In this document: in pieces, positions 20,188 to 29,613 of the stretch | Position numbering within the stretch: position 1 is the first letter of the stretch | Layout of the letters: each line of letters starts with the position of its first letter | Source of the DNA: a virus | Taxonomy: Duplodnaviria > Heunggongvirae > Uroviricota > Caudoviricetes | Reading direction: 5' to 3' (one strand) | IMG/VR virus record: IMGVR_UViG_2645727669_000018 | Length of the DNA stretch: 43,235 nt | Notes under the pieces: model-generated | Database searches by the model: none | The model's input: the letters and a program-made list of their open reading frames with translations, nothing else | Told to the model about the DNA's origin: nothing | Translations under genes and position numbers: made by a program

Positions 20188-21406
20188 TGGCGTTATCCTT
20201 CTGCTTACCGGCTTTACTGCCATCGGAGGGTTCCGTGGTCATGTTCATCGGTGTGAGATAGACATCACCACCGGGTCGTGGATTCATATCTTCCAGGTCG
20301 CGGCAGTCATTGGGAGAGTAAATTCCCCAGTTGATCCCGGTGGCGTAGGCTTCAAAACGGGACTTCATATCCCCGCGCAGTAACGCCCCGGCGTTAAATT
20401 TGGCGTAATAAACGCCCTGCTTACTTTTTCGTACCAGTCCGGTGTTGATCCGCTGTTCGATGCGGGTCAGATACGGCACCAGTGAATAGTTGATAAATCC
20501 CAGCCCCAGCTCTTCGATATTGTTGAAGGTGGCGCGATCGGTGTTCTGCACCATGTGCAACGGCACCCGGAACAGACGACAGATTTCTTCAAGCTGAAAC
20601 TTGCGGGTTTCCAGGAACTGGCTGTCCTCGGCGTTCAGCGCCATCGACTTCCAGTCCAGCCCCATCTCAAGGATCATCGGGCGGTGAGCATTGCCAAGCC
20701 CGGTGTGACGCTCCTCAAAATCTTTCTTCAGGCGCTCATAAGCCTGATCTGACAGCGTCTGCTCTGTACGCAACACACCCGACGTCACCGCGCCATTGCT
20801 GAACAGTCTGGCCCCGTGCTCTTCGGTCGCTGCCGCCAGCGATATTGCCTCGCGGGCATAGGCGATGGGATTCAGCCCCACCAGTCCGTCCAGCGTCAGC
20901 GTGCGCACATGCCAGATATCCTCCTGGCTCAGTACATCCGTGGAGCCATCCGGGAATGTGACCTGATAGACCGGCTCCCAGCTACTGTTAAGCTTCGGTA
21001 CCACACAGCCGGGATCGACGGGCAGCAGTTCAGCCACTTCGCCAAATGCTTTCACTTTGTAGGCGTAAAAGTTTCCCCGCAGGCACAGACAGGTGACCAC
21101 CAGCTCCCAGAACTCCTGCGGCGTCATATAGCCATTGGGATGCGTGGAGATCAGCTTATGCAGACGTTCGCCAGCGGCTCTCTGCTTCAGACTGCCGTTC
21201 AGGTGATACAGGTTGCAGGGCAACATCCCGACCGACTCCGCCAGCACCCTGACACAGGAAAAAACCGCCGTCAGTCGCATGGCCCGCTGGCTGCTGATCT
21301 GCTTTCCGGTATAGGTGTCGTAGGACAACCCGATAGCATCCGCCAGCTCTGCTGGCGTGGTCATCGGTGCGTCACTTTTTCGTTGAAATAATCCCGAAAA
21401 GAACAC
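20165..21406 (-). CDS. Portal protein, HK97 family
   Basis: 413 aa following terminase large subunit; acidic C-terminus. Confidence 0.85.
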   Translation of the reverse strand: MFFSGLFQRKSDAPMTTPAELADAIGLSYDTYTGKQISSQRAMRLTAVFSCVRVLAESVGMLPCNLYHLNGSLKQRAAGERLHKLISTHPNGYMTPQEFWELVVTCLCLRGNFYAYKVKAFGEVAELLPVDPGCVVPKLNSSWEPVYQVTFPDGSTDVLSQEDIWHVRTLTLDGLVGLNPIAYAREAISLAAATEEHGARLFSNGAVTSGVLRTEQTLSDQAYERLKKDFEERHTGLGNAHRPMILEMGLDWKSMALNAEDSQFLETRKFQLEEICRLFRVPLHMVQNTDRATFNNIEELGLGFINYSLVPYLTRIEQRINTGLVRKSKQGVYYAKFNAGALLRGDMKSRFEAYATGINWGIYSPNDCRDLEDMNPRPGGDVYLTPMNMTTEPSDGSKAGKQKDNANADETTS

Positions 21407-21588
21407 TATTTACCTCCGCCGACAGACGACTGTGTACGGTCAAGATATCGCGCCACCAGCCACGACCAGAACAGGCACAACGCCCCGGCAACAACAAACC
21501 CCGCCGGGGGATAAATCAGCCAGGCACCATACGCCAGCAAAAGCGCCCCCAGCACGCCCACCAGAGGCGCGAGAATCAGCATGATCAT
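21406..21588 (-). CDS. Small membrane protein
   Basis: 60 aa with two hydrophobic helices; ATG 21588 has GAGGT SD; wedged between TerL and portal genes. Confidence 0.45.
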
Positions 21589-21599
21589 AATTACCTCAG

Positions 21600-23333
21600 T
21601 TAAAGCGAGCGGATCCCATAGGACTCAATGTGGTCAGACAACGTGTCTTCTTTCTCGTACAGCATGGCTCTGCCAACCGCCATAATCAGCGCAACTGCAC
21701 CATCGATTTTGTTTTCCGCCTGCTCTTTGACGGGCTTCACCACATCATCGTTACCCGGAATGGTTTTGCCGACCACGTTGCCGATACACCAGGTCATGAT
21801 GGGATTGCCATCATGATGAAAGCGCCCCGATTCAATTGCCGCTTCCAGCTCTTTCATCGGGTCGGACATGTTGGTGTAGTTCTGAATGATAGTGATGGGG
21901 TTCAGGTCTTCATCAGCAAGGTCATGTGACAACCCGGTCGCCCCGAAGGGGTCGATGGGTGACTCACTGACCGGGCTGATTTTGTTCGCCGCTTTGGCCT
22001 CCTCGAGGATGTAGCGATAATCCACCTCCGCACCATCGGTAACGGTCAGAACGCCCATTTCCACCCATTTCTGAAAGCGTTCGGCTGTCCGGCGATCTTC
22101 ATTTTTCTCGACGCTGTACACCGTGTCATACGGTACCCAGAAACGCGGGGCCACACTGTAGTAATGCGTTTTACCATCAATCTCGCGGGTATAAAGTCGC
22201 GCCATGCTGTTCATATCCAGCTTACGCGCCAGGTCAAAGGCCAGAATGCACGGCTGCCCCTCGAACTGCTCAAGGGTCAGTGATTTATCCTCGCAGCTCT
22301 GCCAGCTCACCAGGTTGAAATACGCCGAACGCGCCGACACCCAGATATTGAGGTGTTTTGTTTTAAAGACGTTTGCCAGACGGGCGTTATTTTTCGCACG
22401 CTGCTGCTGACTTAACAAAAATTCGCGATAAACCGACACGCCAATATTTGGATTGGCTTTTTCCAGCACCTGCGGGTCGGTCCAGTCGTCACCTTCATCA
22501 ACGGTATAGATGATCCCGAACAGTTCATCGTTAGGCACCGAGCCGTTGAGCATCTCGATGACTTCCCGCCGTTTGTCGTAGCACGGCCCCTCAATGTTGT
22601 ACCCGGCGGTAGTGATAGCCCACATCAGTGGCTGACGTCGCGCCCCCATCCCGGTAAGCATCGTGGTGTAAAGCGCATCTGTGGCGTGCTCGTGATATTC
22701 ATCCACCACCGCACAGTGGGGTGATGAACCATCACCGGGGTTACCGATCAGCGGTTCAAAACGCGCACCATCCTCCGGACGGTTCATGTTTGAGGCGTTA
22801 ACCTCAATCCCGAACGCTTCCGTCAGCATGGGTGTGCGTTTACACATCAGTCTTGCCGGACGAAAGACTTCCCATGCCTGTTTCTCCGTCGTGGCACCGG
22901 AATACACTTCCGCGCCGAACTCGTTATCACAGGCAAAACAATACAGGGCGACACCGGCAGAGATTGCCGATTTGCCGTTCTTACGGGGGATTTCGGTATA
23001 CACCTCACGGAAGCGGCGCAGCCGGGAGCCTTTATTGACCCAGCCAAACGCGCAGCAGATCACAAAGAGCTGCCACGGCTCCAGCGTGATGGGCATCCTC
23101 TTAAATGCCCACTCACCCTTGGTGTGCGGCAACAGCTGAATAAATTTCGCGGCCCGTTCAGCCAGGTCCTTGTCGAAGCGGTAACGAAACGACTTACTTT
23201 TTTCCTCCATCAGGTCATCAAGATGGCGCTGGCAGGCCTGAATCACAAACTGGCAGGCCACAATCTTTCCGCGCACGACATCACGGGCATACTGATTGGC
23301 AGCATTTACGTTGGGGTAAGATTTCCGGCTCAT
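21600..23333 (-). CDS. Terminase large subunit
   Basis: 577 aa; Walker-A-like IPRKNGKS and C-terminal nuclease region; overlaps TerS stop. Confidence 0.9.
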
Positions 23334-23833
23334 GATTCGATGATTTTCAGAAACGGGTTAGTGGCTTTCTTCTGCCCCGCCAGGCCAATCAGACGCTGGC
23401 GGCTGCTGGGGTCGAGTCCGAGCATTGCCCCCGTACTGCTCATCTCGGACTCCTGTTCTTTTTTGGCGGTCAGCTCCGGATTTTTGACCATACCGCCCAT
23501 TGCACCGGTGATGGTGTTGCCCTGTCTGGCAATATTTTTCACGGCACGTCGCCAGAACTCGTAGGCCACGCACCACCGCTCAAGCACCGCGAGGTCAGTC
23601 ACGCACAGCAGGCCCTGACCGCAGAGTTCTTTAGTTGTCAGTTGCCACATGATCGTAGCGAGAGGGAGATCTTCTTCAGCGAACCACTCCGGTGGCTCAA
23701 CACCTTTGATGGGCGTAAAAACAGGTTCATCTTTATTCAGGGCTCGCTTGCCGGGGTTTCCGGCCTGCGCCTTGCGCGCCGTTGGCTTGGGGCGACGCCC
23801 GGAACGCCCCGCCGTTCCAGCCATATGCGGCAC
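23330..23833 (-). CDS. Terminase small subunit (P27 family)
   Basis: 167 aa with basic N-terminus; immediately upstream of TerL and downstream of HNH gene. Confidence 0.8.
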   Translation of the reverse strand: MPHMAGTAGRSGRRPKPTARKAQAGNPGKRALNKDEPVFTPIKGVEPPEWFAEEDLPLATIMWQLTTKELCGQGLLCVTDLAVLERWCVAYEFWRRAVKNIARQGNTITGAMGGMVKNPELTAKKEQESEMSSTGAMLGLDPSSRQRLIGLAGQKKATNPFLKIIES

Positions 23834-23949
23834 TCCTGGTTAAATTTCATTTTTCGCGGGTATAAAAAAACGATGGGGCGGGCAGTCCGGAAGACGTCAG
23901 GTCACAGGGATGTGACCCGCCCCTCCCCTCAGACAGTTGAGAGTTATTA
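23834..23949. other. Candidate cos site region
   Basis: 116-bp GC-rich gap between HNH and TerS genes containing nested inverted repeats ggggcggg...cccgcccc and gtcaca-ggga-tgtgac. Confidence 0.35.
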
Positions 23950-24300
23950 TCACTTTAACCGTTCACGGGCCGTCTTCGCCTTATGACACGGCCAACACAG
24001 ACTCTGCAGATTACAGTCGGCATCAGTGCCGCCATGCGCTTTAGGGATGATGTGGTCAACGGTTTTCGCCTCACGCACCACACCGGCACGCAGACATAAC
24101 TGACATAAACCTTTGTCACGCTTCAGCACACGCGCGCGGATAGCGTCCCACTTCGAACCATAACCGCGCTGATGACGGGACTGACCTGGCTTGTATTGCT
24201 TCCAGCCTTCGCTTTTGTGGCTTTCGCAGTAGCCTGACGGGTCTGTGGTTGTAGAGCGGCAGCCGCGAACACGGCAGGCTTTTGGGGTTCGTGGTGGCAT
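23950..24300 (-). CDS. HNH endonuclease (packaging-associated)
   Basis: 116 aa with Cys-rich zinc-finger pairs and HNH core (VDHIIPKAHGG...N...H); GGAG SD; positioned before TerS. Confidence 0.85.
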   Translation of the reverse strand: MPPRTPKACRVRGCRSTTTDPSGYCESHKSEGWKQYKPGQSRHQRGYGSKWDAIRARVLKRDKGLCQLCLRAGVVREAKTVDHIIPKAHGGTDADCNLQSLCWPCHKAKTARERLK

Positions 24301-24311
24301 TGGTAAGCTCC

Positions 24312-24343
24312 AATAAAAAAGCCACCATCGATTGCTAGTGGCT
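24312..24343 (-). terminator. Rho-independent terminator downstream of lysis-packaging moron
   Basis: Minus-strand RNA agccac-(12-nt loop)-guggcu followed by UUUUUUAUU, ending 4 nt before the HNH SD. Confidence 0.55.
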
Positions 24344-24379
24344 TAGCATCTACTAATGTTACTAATGTGAAGAGTAGGT

Positions 24380-25162
24380 TTATTTTTTCTTCTTATTTAA
24401 CTTATCTAAATTGACGGGATCTTTCCCTGTGGCAGCTAAACACCAAAAAGAATAACTCTTTTGCATGACATAGGTTCTAATTCTCTCTAATGTTTCATTA
24501 TATTTTTTCTCAACAACCTGTATCGCATGTTCAAATAAATTAATCATATCAACATGCTCGTCCTCGACACCAATCATGCTCAGTTGTTTTCTATCTGTCA
24601 CTGCTTGATAAAATGTTTTCCCATTTTTCCTTATTAGTAACAATGAAGTTTCTGCTGACTCATAGTCTTGGTTGCCGCTATGTGCTGCAAAATTATGCCT
24701 GTAGTTAATAATACAGTCATGCAACCCAAAATATTCAGAATCAAGCCAATCACGCTCCATCTTTAACTTTCTCCCTTTAGCTTCAGAGAAAGCTTTACCA
24801 TAAAACGTTAGGCTTGCCACAAATAACGCTCTAATTTCACTTGATAAATCTAGATCAAGTATATTCCCGTATAACTTGCCATCTGTCCTTAATTCGTTTC
24901 TCCCTGCCAGTTCATTAGCTATTTGGTACCACTCTTTAGCACTTTTTAAGTCCCTATGAATTAGGGACAGTGAAGATGCTCTATCGGCAATACGCCCACT
25001 CAATTTTATGCGATCTACAATTTCATTATTGAATGTATAAACCGCTTTAAATTCCCCCGTTTCGGAATCAATATAATATTCAACATCTAACCCTTCATAT
25101 GATTCACACCCGGGACCTTCTAATTTTTTTCTTTTCATATAGAATATCCATATACGTTTCAA
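24380..25162 (-). CDS. Hypothetical protein (AT-rich moron between Rz and HNH)
   Basis: 260-aa ORF (TTG at 25162; first ATG at 25138 gives 252 aa); Lys/Asn/Tyr-rich, visibly AT-rich; no recognisable motifs; own terminator. Confidence 0.6.
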   Translation of the reverse strand: MKRIWIFYMKRKKLEGPGCESYEGLDVEYYIDSETGEFKAVYTFNNEIVDRIKLSGRIADRASSLSLIHRDLKSAKEWYQIANELAGRNELRTDGKLYGNILDLDLSSEIRALFVASLTFYGKAFSEAKGRKLKMERDWLDSEYFGLHDCIINYRHNFAAHSGNQDYESAETSLLLIRKNGKTFYQAVTDRKQLSMIGVEDEHVDMINLFEHAIQVVEKKYNETLERIRTYVMQKSYSFWCLAATGKDPVNLDKLNKKKK

Positions 25163-25219
25163 TTCTCAGTCAGCATAGTAGAAAAAAAAGATGTCCAGAT
25201 CCATACATCGAAAGCAATT

Positions 25220-25684
25220 TTATTTTTCACACTGACTAGAGATATAGTCCTGCAATGCTCTTATCTGTTTATAACTGATTTCAATTCTCTCTCTGAGGGT
25301 GAAATAATCCCGTTGAGCGGTGTCAGTAAGTCGGGGGGCGGTAGCATCATCCAGGCTGGTGGTAATGGTCGTTGATTGCACTCTCGGGCAACTAGCGGCG
25401 AGGAACAGCCGCTTAGTGCCAACAGCAACATCACGCTGAAGCTGTTCAATAGTTGCTTTAGCATTTGCAAGTTCTCCGGTGTATTTCGCATCGAGCGCAG
25501 AAACATCACGCTGGCGCTGCTGCATCTCAGTAATGGTGGCGTTCGCCTGGCTGAGTTTTTCCTTCGCTTTATCGCGCTGTTCTTTGTAGGCGATGGCGTT
25601 ATCACGATAATGATTAACAGCCCATGATAGGCAGACGATGGTGCAGATAACCAGAGAGGACAGAATCGCAGTTACTCTACTCAT
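25220..25684 (-). CDS. Rz: i-spanin Rz
   Basis: From internal ATG: [30 protein letters not shown]..., close to lambda Rz (from memory); contains embedded Rz1 in +1 frame. Confidence 0.9.
   Translation of the reverse strand: MSRVTAILSSLVICTIVCLSWAVNHYRDNAIAYKEQRDKAKEKLSQANATITEMQQRQRDVSALDAKYTGELANAKATIEQLQRDVAVGTKRLFLAASCPRVQSTTITTSLDDATAPRLTDTAQRDYFTLRERIEISYKQIRALQDYISSQCEK
25261..25464 (-). CDS. Rz1: o-spanin Rz1 (embedded in Rz)
   Basis: 67 aa: MLKQLL...LLALSGCSS (lipobox LSGC) then Pro-rich [22 protein letters not shown], as lambda Rz1. Confidence 0.8.
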   Translation of the reverse strand: MLKQLLNSFSVMLLLALSGCSSPLVARECNQRPLPPAWMMLPPPDLLTPLNGIISPSERELKSVINR

Positions 25685-26159
25685 ATAGCTGAATTTCTCT
25701 GACCGCTCCGCCCGATTCTTTGAATTTTTCAATCAGGCTGTCAACCTTATGTTCGAACTGACCATAACCAGCGCCCGGCAATGACGCCCAGATATTGCTG
25801 CAACGATCAATAGCCTGACGGATATCGCCGCGATCAATCATCGGTAAAGCACCACGCTCTTTAATCTGCTGCAATGCCACAGCATCCTGGCTTTTTGGAG
25901 AGAAGTCTTTCAGCCCAAGCTGCTTACGGTAAGCATCCCACCAGCGTGAAAGAAGCTGATAACGTCCTGCGGCTGTTGATTTAAGTTTCGGGTTTAGCGT
26001 GACAAGTTTGCGAGGGTGATCGGAGTAATCAGTGAACAGTTCACCTCCGACAATAACGTCATAACCGTGGTTACGTGTCGGTTGTCGCCCGTTATCCGTT
26101 CCTTCTGACCATGCCACCATATCGAGGAAAGCTTTACGCTGGGAATTTAGTACCTGCAT
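25677..26159 (-). CDS. R: Endolysin, lambda R-like lytic transglycosylase
   Basis: 160 aa nearly identical over long stretches to lambda R as recalled ([43 protein letters not shown]...). Confidence 0.9.
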   Translation of the reverse strand: MQVLNSQRKAFLDMVAWSEGTDNGRQPTRNHGYDVIVGGELFTDYSDHPRKLVTLNPKLKSTAAGRYQLLSRWWDAYRKQLGLKDFSPKSQDAVALQQIKERGALPMIDRGDIRQAIDRCSNIWASLPGAGYGQFEHKVDSLIEKFKESGGAVREIQLYE

Positions 26160-26162
26160 AAA

Positions 26163-26489
26163 TTACTCCTTAGAGCCACCAAACTTATTACCGATTACTC
26201 TCATTGCAGCCCCACGAATAGCATCGACCCCGATCAGCCCAACGCCGCCACCAATGGCAACAGAAAGAGATTTAGGCCATCCGACATACTCAAGAGCGGA
26301 TGCAAAAGTCAGCGTCAGAGCACCACAGAGCAAAATCTCGAGCGTTTTTCGTTTCCAGCCACCACCACCGCCAAAATAGGCAATGCGCAAGCCAGCCATA
26401 ACGATCGACATAATCACTGCGCCCAGCGGTGTGTCTCCACGCCACCAGCTCTGGACCAACTCCAGCCAGGTATTTGGGTTATGAGGCAT
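26163..26489 (-). CDS. Holin
   Basis: 108 aa with three hydrophobic helices and charged C-terminus, immediately upstream of endolysin. Confidence 0.7.
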   Translation of the reverse strand: MPHNPNTWLELVQSWWRGDTPLGAVIMSIVMAGLRIAYFGGGGGWKRKTLEILLCGALTLTFASALEYVGWPKSLSVAIGGGVGLIGVDAIRGAAMRVIGNKFGGSKE

Positions 26490-26627
26490 TTGTAGTTATC
26501 TCTCACCTCGCTGATACAGCAGGTGCAAATTGAGGGAACATCATGTACCGCAAATCAGAAGCGGAAACATCAAAGAAGCCGAACCGATGGAGAACTGCGG
26601 AATAGGCCAGGACCAACGAATCCCCAG

Positions 26628-26665
26628 CCACAGAAACGACAAAACCCGCTCGACGGCGGGTTTAA
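26628..26665 (-). terminator. tR'-like intrinsic terminator upstream of the lysis genes
   Basis: Minus-strand RNA aaacccgc-cgucga-gcggguuu followed by UGUCGUUUCUG; 8-bp GC stem; about 140 nt upstream of holin start. Confidence 0.55.
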
Positions 26666-26695
26666 GCTGTGTGGCGAAGTAACCACTCTTAACAG

Positions 26696-26724
26696 ATTAC
26701 AATGTTTTTTGCGGACCGCGCTAA
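26696..26724 (-). promoter_or_regulatory. Candidate late promoter (PR'-like)
   Basis: Minus strand TTAGCG - 17 nt - TGTAAT just upstream of the tR'-like hairpin; weak -35. Confidence 0.25.
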
Positions 26725-26785
26725 TGATTTCCTCTTTTTTTTGTTGTATTTTTCACACGGTTGCTAAAATTATTTCGGATCGATA

Positions 26786-27727
26786 ATGAGTACAGAAAAT
26801 AAGAATAAAACCAGGCGAGTGAGAGTTGGTTTTTTCACTGGTAATGGAAGCAAAAAAGATGGCACATCTGCTGCAAAACTAGCCTTTGAGCAAATGACCA
26901 CAGCAGATACTGTAACTTTTCCAATAACTTACACAACAGACACCCCAAGTCGAGGGTTAAAGTTAGTTATTCTTCAAAAAGATACCACACTGCAATGTTA
27001 CTTTGGTTACGTATCGTGGAGAAGGGAATGCCTACTACCGTTCATCGAGGATGCTACAGGTAGTGAGAGAACAATTCCTTTAAATGATAAAGATTCTGTA
27101 GTTGAAAGAACATATTTTATCTATTACTACGAAACGGACTTATTAGCTATGACCCTCAACCATATAGGGCCCAAAGTAAATGATCTGGCATTCATTTTGT
27201 ATAACAAAACTGATTTAAAAAGCGTCACTTTTGAAGCCATTTGGAAACAAGAGAGCATGAAGGAACTGCTTGAGGACGGAAATATCCTACGTAGTTTCGA
27301 TCTTATAGTTGCTGCTCCAAGAAACTTTAACAAAGCTAATTATAAGATTAAAAACCCTTTAGCTAATGAAATTATTGACATGGTTGTTGGTATGGGCGGG
27401 TCGCATCTAAGATTAAATATGCGAGGTCGGATTCGCCCGAAAAAACAAGGGTTTAACTATCTAAAAACTTCTGTCACCGATGCTATTAAGGAACTACTTG
27501 AACTTTTTCCAAAAGGTTCTGGAGGTCTAAAAATTAAAAAAATTGATGTAACAGAGCCATCCAATAGAACGCCCAAAAGTCTACTTGACCAAGTATTGGT
27601 CAGTACAAAGACAATCATTGTCAAAAGCGGTTATCCATCCGATTCTGATATCAGAACGGCGATGATATCTGCTAAAATTGATAACGCGAACTATCTTGCA
27701 CAGTATGAGCTCGCTAGCAGAGACTAA
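26786..27727 (+). CDS. Hypothetical protein, first gene of a two-gene Q-S cassette
   Basis: 313 aa, AT-rich, on the strand opposite to the late genes; no recognisable motifs; stop 21 nt before the partner gene start. Confidence 0.7.
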   Translation: MSTENKNKTRRVRVGFFTGNGSKKDGTSAAKLAFEQMTTADTVTFPITYTTDTPSRGLKLVILQKDTTLQCYFGYVSWRRECLLPFIEDATGSERTIPLNDKDSVVERTYFIYYYETDLLAMTLNHIGPKVNDLAFILYNKTDLKSVTFEAIWKQESMKELLEDGNILRSFDLIVAAPRNFNKANYKIKNPLANEIIDMVVGMGGSHLRLNMRGRIRPKKQGFNYLKTSVTDAIKELLELFPKGSGGLKIKKIDVTEPSNRTPKSLLDQVLVSTKTIIVKSGYPSDSDIRTAMISAKIDNANYLAQYELASRD

Positions 27728-27748
27728 TAACCAAGCATGGAGGACACA

Positions 27749-28198
27749 ATGAGAGAATTAGCCACTTTTCTCTGGAAATGCGTCCTCTGGATTCTGTTGA
27801 CCTATGCAGCGACAAAACTGTTTAAACCGATGAAGCATGCTGACGTACTCACAACAGCGGGGGTGCTCTCGACTATATCAGGCATCCTGTTTGGTTTTGT
27901 TCTGGCTGCAATATCTATATTTAGTAGTGCAAACAGCGATAAGGAAGGAGCAATTAATGCCCTTAAGCAAAACAACGTGTTACCAACTCTGGTAAATAGA
28001 TTACTTTCAACAGGGTTAACTCTCATCGTCGCATGTATATTTCCATTGATAGCGATGTTTCTACCTGATGATGTTATTGTTGCGGGCAAACCTATTGATT
28101 TCCTGTTCATACTGTTAGGCTTATCCTCCCTTATAATTTCGCTATATACCTTCGGAAGGTGTTGGTTAGTGTTACGAAAAATCTTCCCCCACTTGTGA
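27749..28198 (+). CDS. Small polytopic membrane protein, second gene of Q-S cassette
   Basis: 149 aa from ATG 27749 (GGAGG 5 nt upstream; ORF track starts at 27737); about four hydrophobic helices. Confidence 0.7.
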   Translation: MRELATFLWKCVLWILLTYAATKLFKPMKHADVLTTAGVLSTISGILFGFVLAAISIFSSANSDKEGAINALKQNNVLPTLVNRLLSTGLTLIVACIFPLIAMFLPDDVIVAGKPIDFLFILLGLSSLIISLYTFGRCWLVLRKIFPHL

Positions 28199-28226
28199 CA
28201 GGTTGGCCTCATATGGGGCCAACCTG
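28199..28226. terminator. Stem-loop between cassette and convergent Q gene
   Basis: 10-bp perfect inverted repeat caggttggcc/ggccaacctg with 8-nt loop, right after the cassette stop. Confidence 0.45.
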
Positions 28227-28233
28227 TGCAACC

Positions 28234-28602
28234 CTAAGCGTCCATTTCAAGGTTAAAATCCAACATTGAAAGGCAACCATCAATAAATCCTTCGGCTAGT
28301 TGTATTTCTATGCGTACCAATTTTTCATCCTTTCCACGCACCTTTGCAATCTTACGCTTGGATATTCTGTATAAATAATGTGCCACAAGCAGCGAGTGCT
28401 CATCTGGCTTTTTTTGCTTTAGACGAGCAAGACAACCTTCAATAATTAATGCATCACTATCTGAACAAGCCTGACGTGTTTTGCTTGTGTAGGGAAGAAG
28501 CCCCTTAAACCCAGCAGCTATAGGCGAATAGTCTACTCCAGAACTATCACTCGCCGCCCATGCTCCCCAACGCTCCAGAACCATCTGAATATCACGCATC
28601 AA
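28234..28602 (-). CDS. Late-gene antiterminator Q (small Q family)
   Basis: 122 aa, MMRDIQMVLERWGAWAA... recalled as the N-terminus of lambdoid prophage Q proteins; sits upstream of the lysis cassette. Confidence 0.7.
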   Translation of the reverse strand: MMRDIQMVLERWGAWAASDSSGVDYSPIAAGFKGLLPYTSKTRQACSDSDALIIEGCLARLKQKKPDEHSLLVAHYLYRISKRKIAKVRGKDEKLVRIEIQLAEGFIDGCLSMLDFNLEMDA

Positions 28603-28616
28603 CTTTCTCCACCAAA

Positions 28617-29612
28617 TCAGGCCAACACCCCAATCGCCAGCGCGCGATCGATAAAACGAAATATCAGCTCCAGTTGGGAGCCATACTTCTCTTCAAATGC
28701 CACGGTATCCGCATGCAGCTCGTCGTGATGCTTTCTGCACAAAGGCAACACAAAGAGGTCATGCGCTTTTGTACCCATTCCACCCTGACCGTGACCTATC
28801 AGGTGGTGGGGATCATCAGCAGGCTTTCCACAACATGCACACGGCTGTGTCTTAACCCAGCGCGTGTACTTTTCATTAACCCAGCGGCGGCGTTTTGGGC
28901 GTAACATAAAAGACTCCAGCGACTCCGGATCCACTTTCAGCGCCAGCACCTTTTTCGCTTTATCCTGGATAATGCTGGTGGCAGGAACCGAAGGCACAAG
29001 GTCACTTTCCCGGGTGACCGCCTGCACAACAGGCTTCGGTAATCTCAGTGCCTTACGGGCTGCACTTTCCGGTAAGGCATCCGCCAGGTCATTACGAATC
29101 AGCCACCAGCACAGTTCCGGTATTGTCACAACGTGACTATCATCAAAACCGAGATCCCGACGCACAACAGACAACACCCAGCGGGCACAGTTATCCGTTG
29201 CCATTGATTCCAGCCGTTCCGTGAACTGATCGCGCAGCTGGTTATCGCAGTGCCAGCACAAACGGATTGCGCCCGGAGCGTGTCGCATTGTTGTCATGTT
29301 CTCGCTGTGCCAGTCGGAATGAGGCCACTGGCAGCCTTTTTCACGAAGTAACCAGCTTTCAAGACATTCCACGCCACCAGCACGACGGATCACTGCCTCA
29401 TTGCGGAACACGGCCCGAACGGCAGGATCATCCGCCAGCGGTTGTGATGCCGCCGGAACGGCACCACTGGCGAAAGATGAATAACGTTCCGGCTCAGGCT
29501 CCAGCAGGACACGCCCCTGCATAAACAGGGGCATCAACTCTGAACCTGGCCTGAACAATACGATCCCCATACGCGGGGCAATTTCAGGGGTCAGTAGTGC
29601 TCTCACGGTCAC
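28617..29612 (-). CDS. DUF968-family phage protein (YdfU-like)
   Basis: 331 aa with C-terminal Cys/His cluster (CACCGKP...HHLIGHG...CRKHHDELH); found in nin-like regions of lambdoid prophages. Confidence 0.6.
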   Translation of the reverse strand: MTVRALLTPEIAPRMGIVLFRPGSELMPLFMQGRVLLEPEPERYSSFASGAVPAASQPLADDPAVRAVFRNEAVIRRAGGVECLESWLLREKGCQWPHSDWHSENMTTMRHAPGAIRLCWHCDNQLRDQFTERLESMATDNCARWVLSVVRRDLGFDDSHVVTIPELCWWLIRNDLADALPESAARKALRLPKPVVQAVTRESDLVPSVPATSIIQDKAKKVLALKVDPESLESFMLRPKRRRWVNEKYTRWVKTQPCACCGKPADDPHHLIGHGQGGMGTKAHDLFVLPLCRKHHDELHADTVAFEEKYGSQLELIFRFIDRALAIGVLA

Positions 29613-29613
29613 C

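Noticed and set aside
8285-21391. Numerous antisense or alternative-frame ORFs inside the structural genes (e.g. 8285-8572, 9139-9507, 12544-13166, 15091-15666, 19191-19625, 20816-21391)
   Set aside because: All are embedded within long, well-supported structural genes, have Arg/Pro/Ser-rich translations typical of GC-rich shadow frames, and lack independent start signals.
26490-26785. tRNA gene between Q and the holin
   Set aside because: No cloverleaf-compatible segment or GTTCRANYC T-loop motif seen by eye; the only strong hairpin is the tR'-like terminator.
26523-26786. 87-aa plus-strand ORF upstream of the Q-S cassette
   Set aside because: Arg/Pro/Gln-rich low-complexity translation; overlaps the tR'-like terminator and candidate late promoter; no SD. 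Treated as non-coding regulatory DNA.
26786-28198. Assignment of the Q-S cassette to a named defence system (Kiwa, Pycsar, CBASS, Rex)
   Set aside because: Gene order is opposite to Kiwa; no nucleotide cyclase or CD-NTase signature (no GS...[DE]x[DE]-type motif) in the 313-aa protein; no evident similarity to lambda RexA/RexB. Only the architectural analogy is retained.
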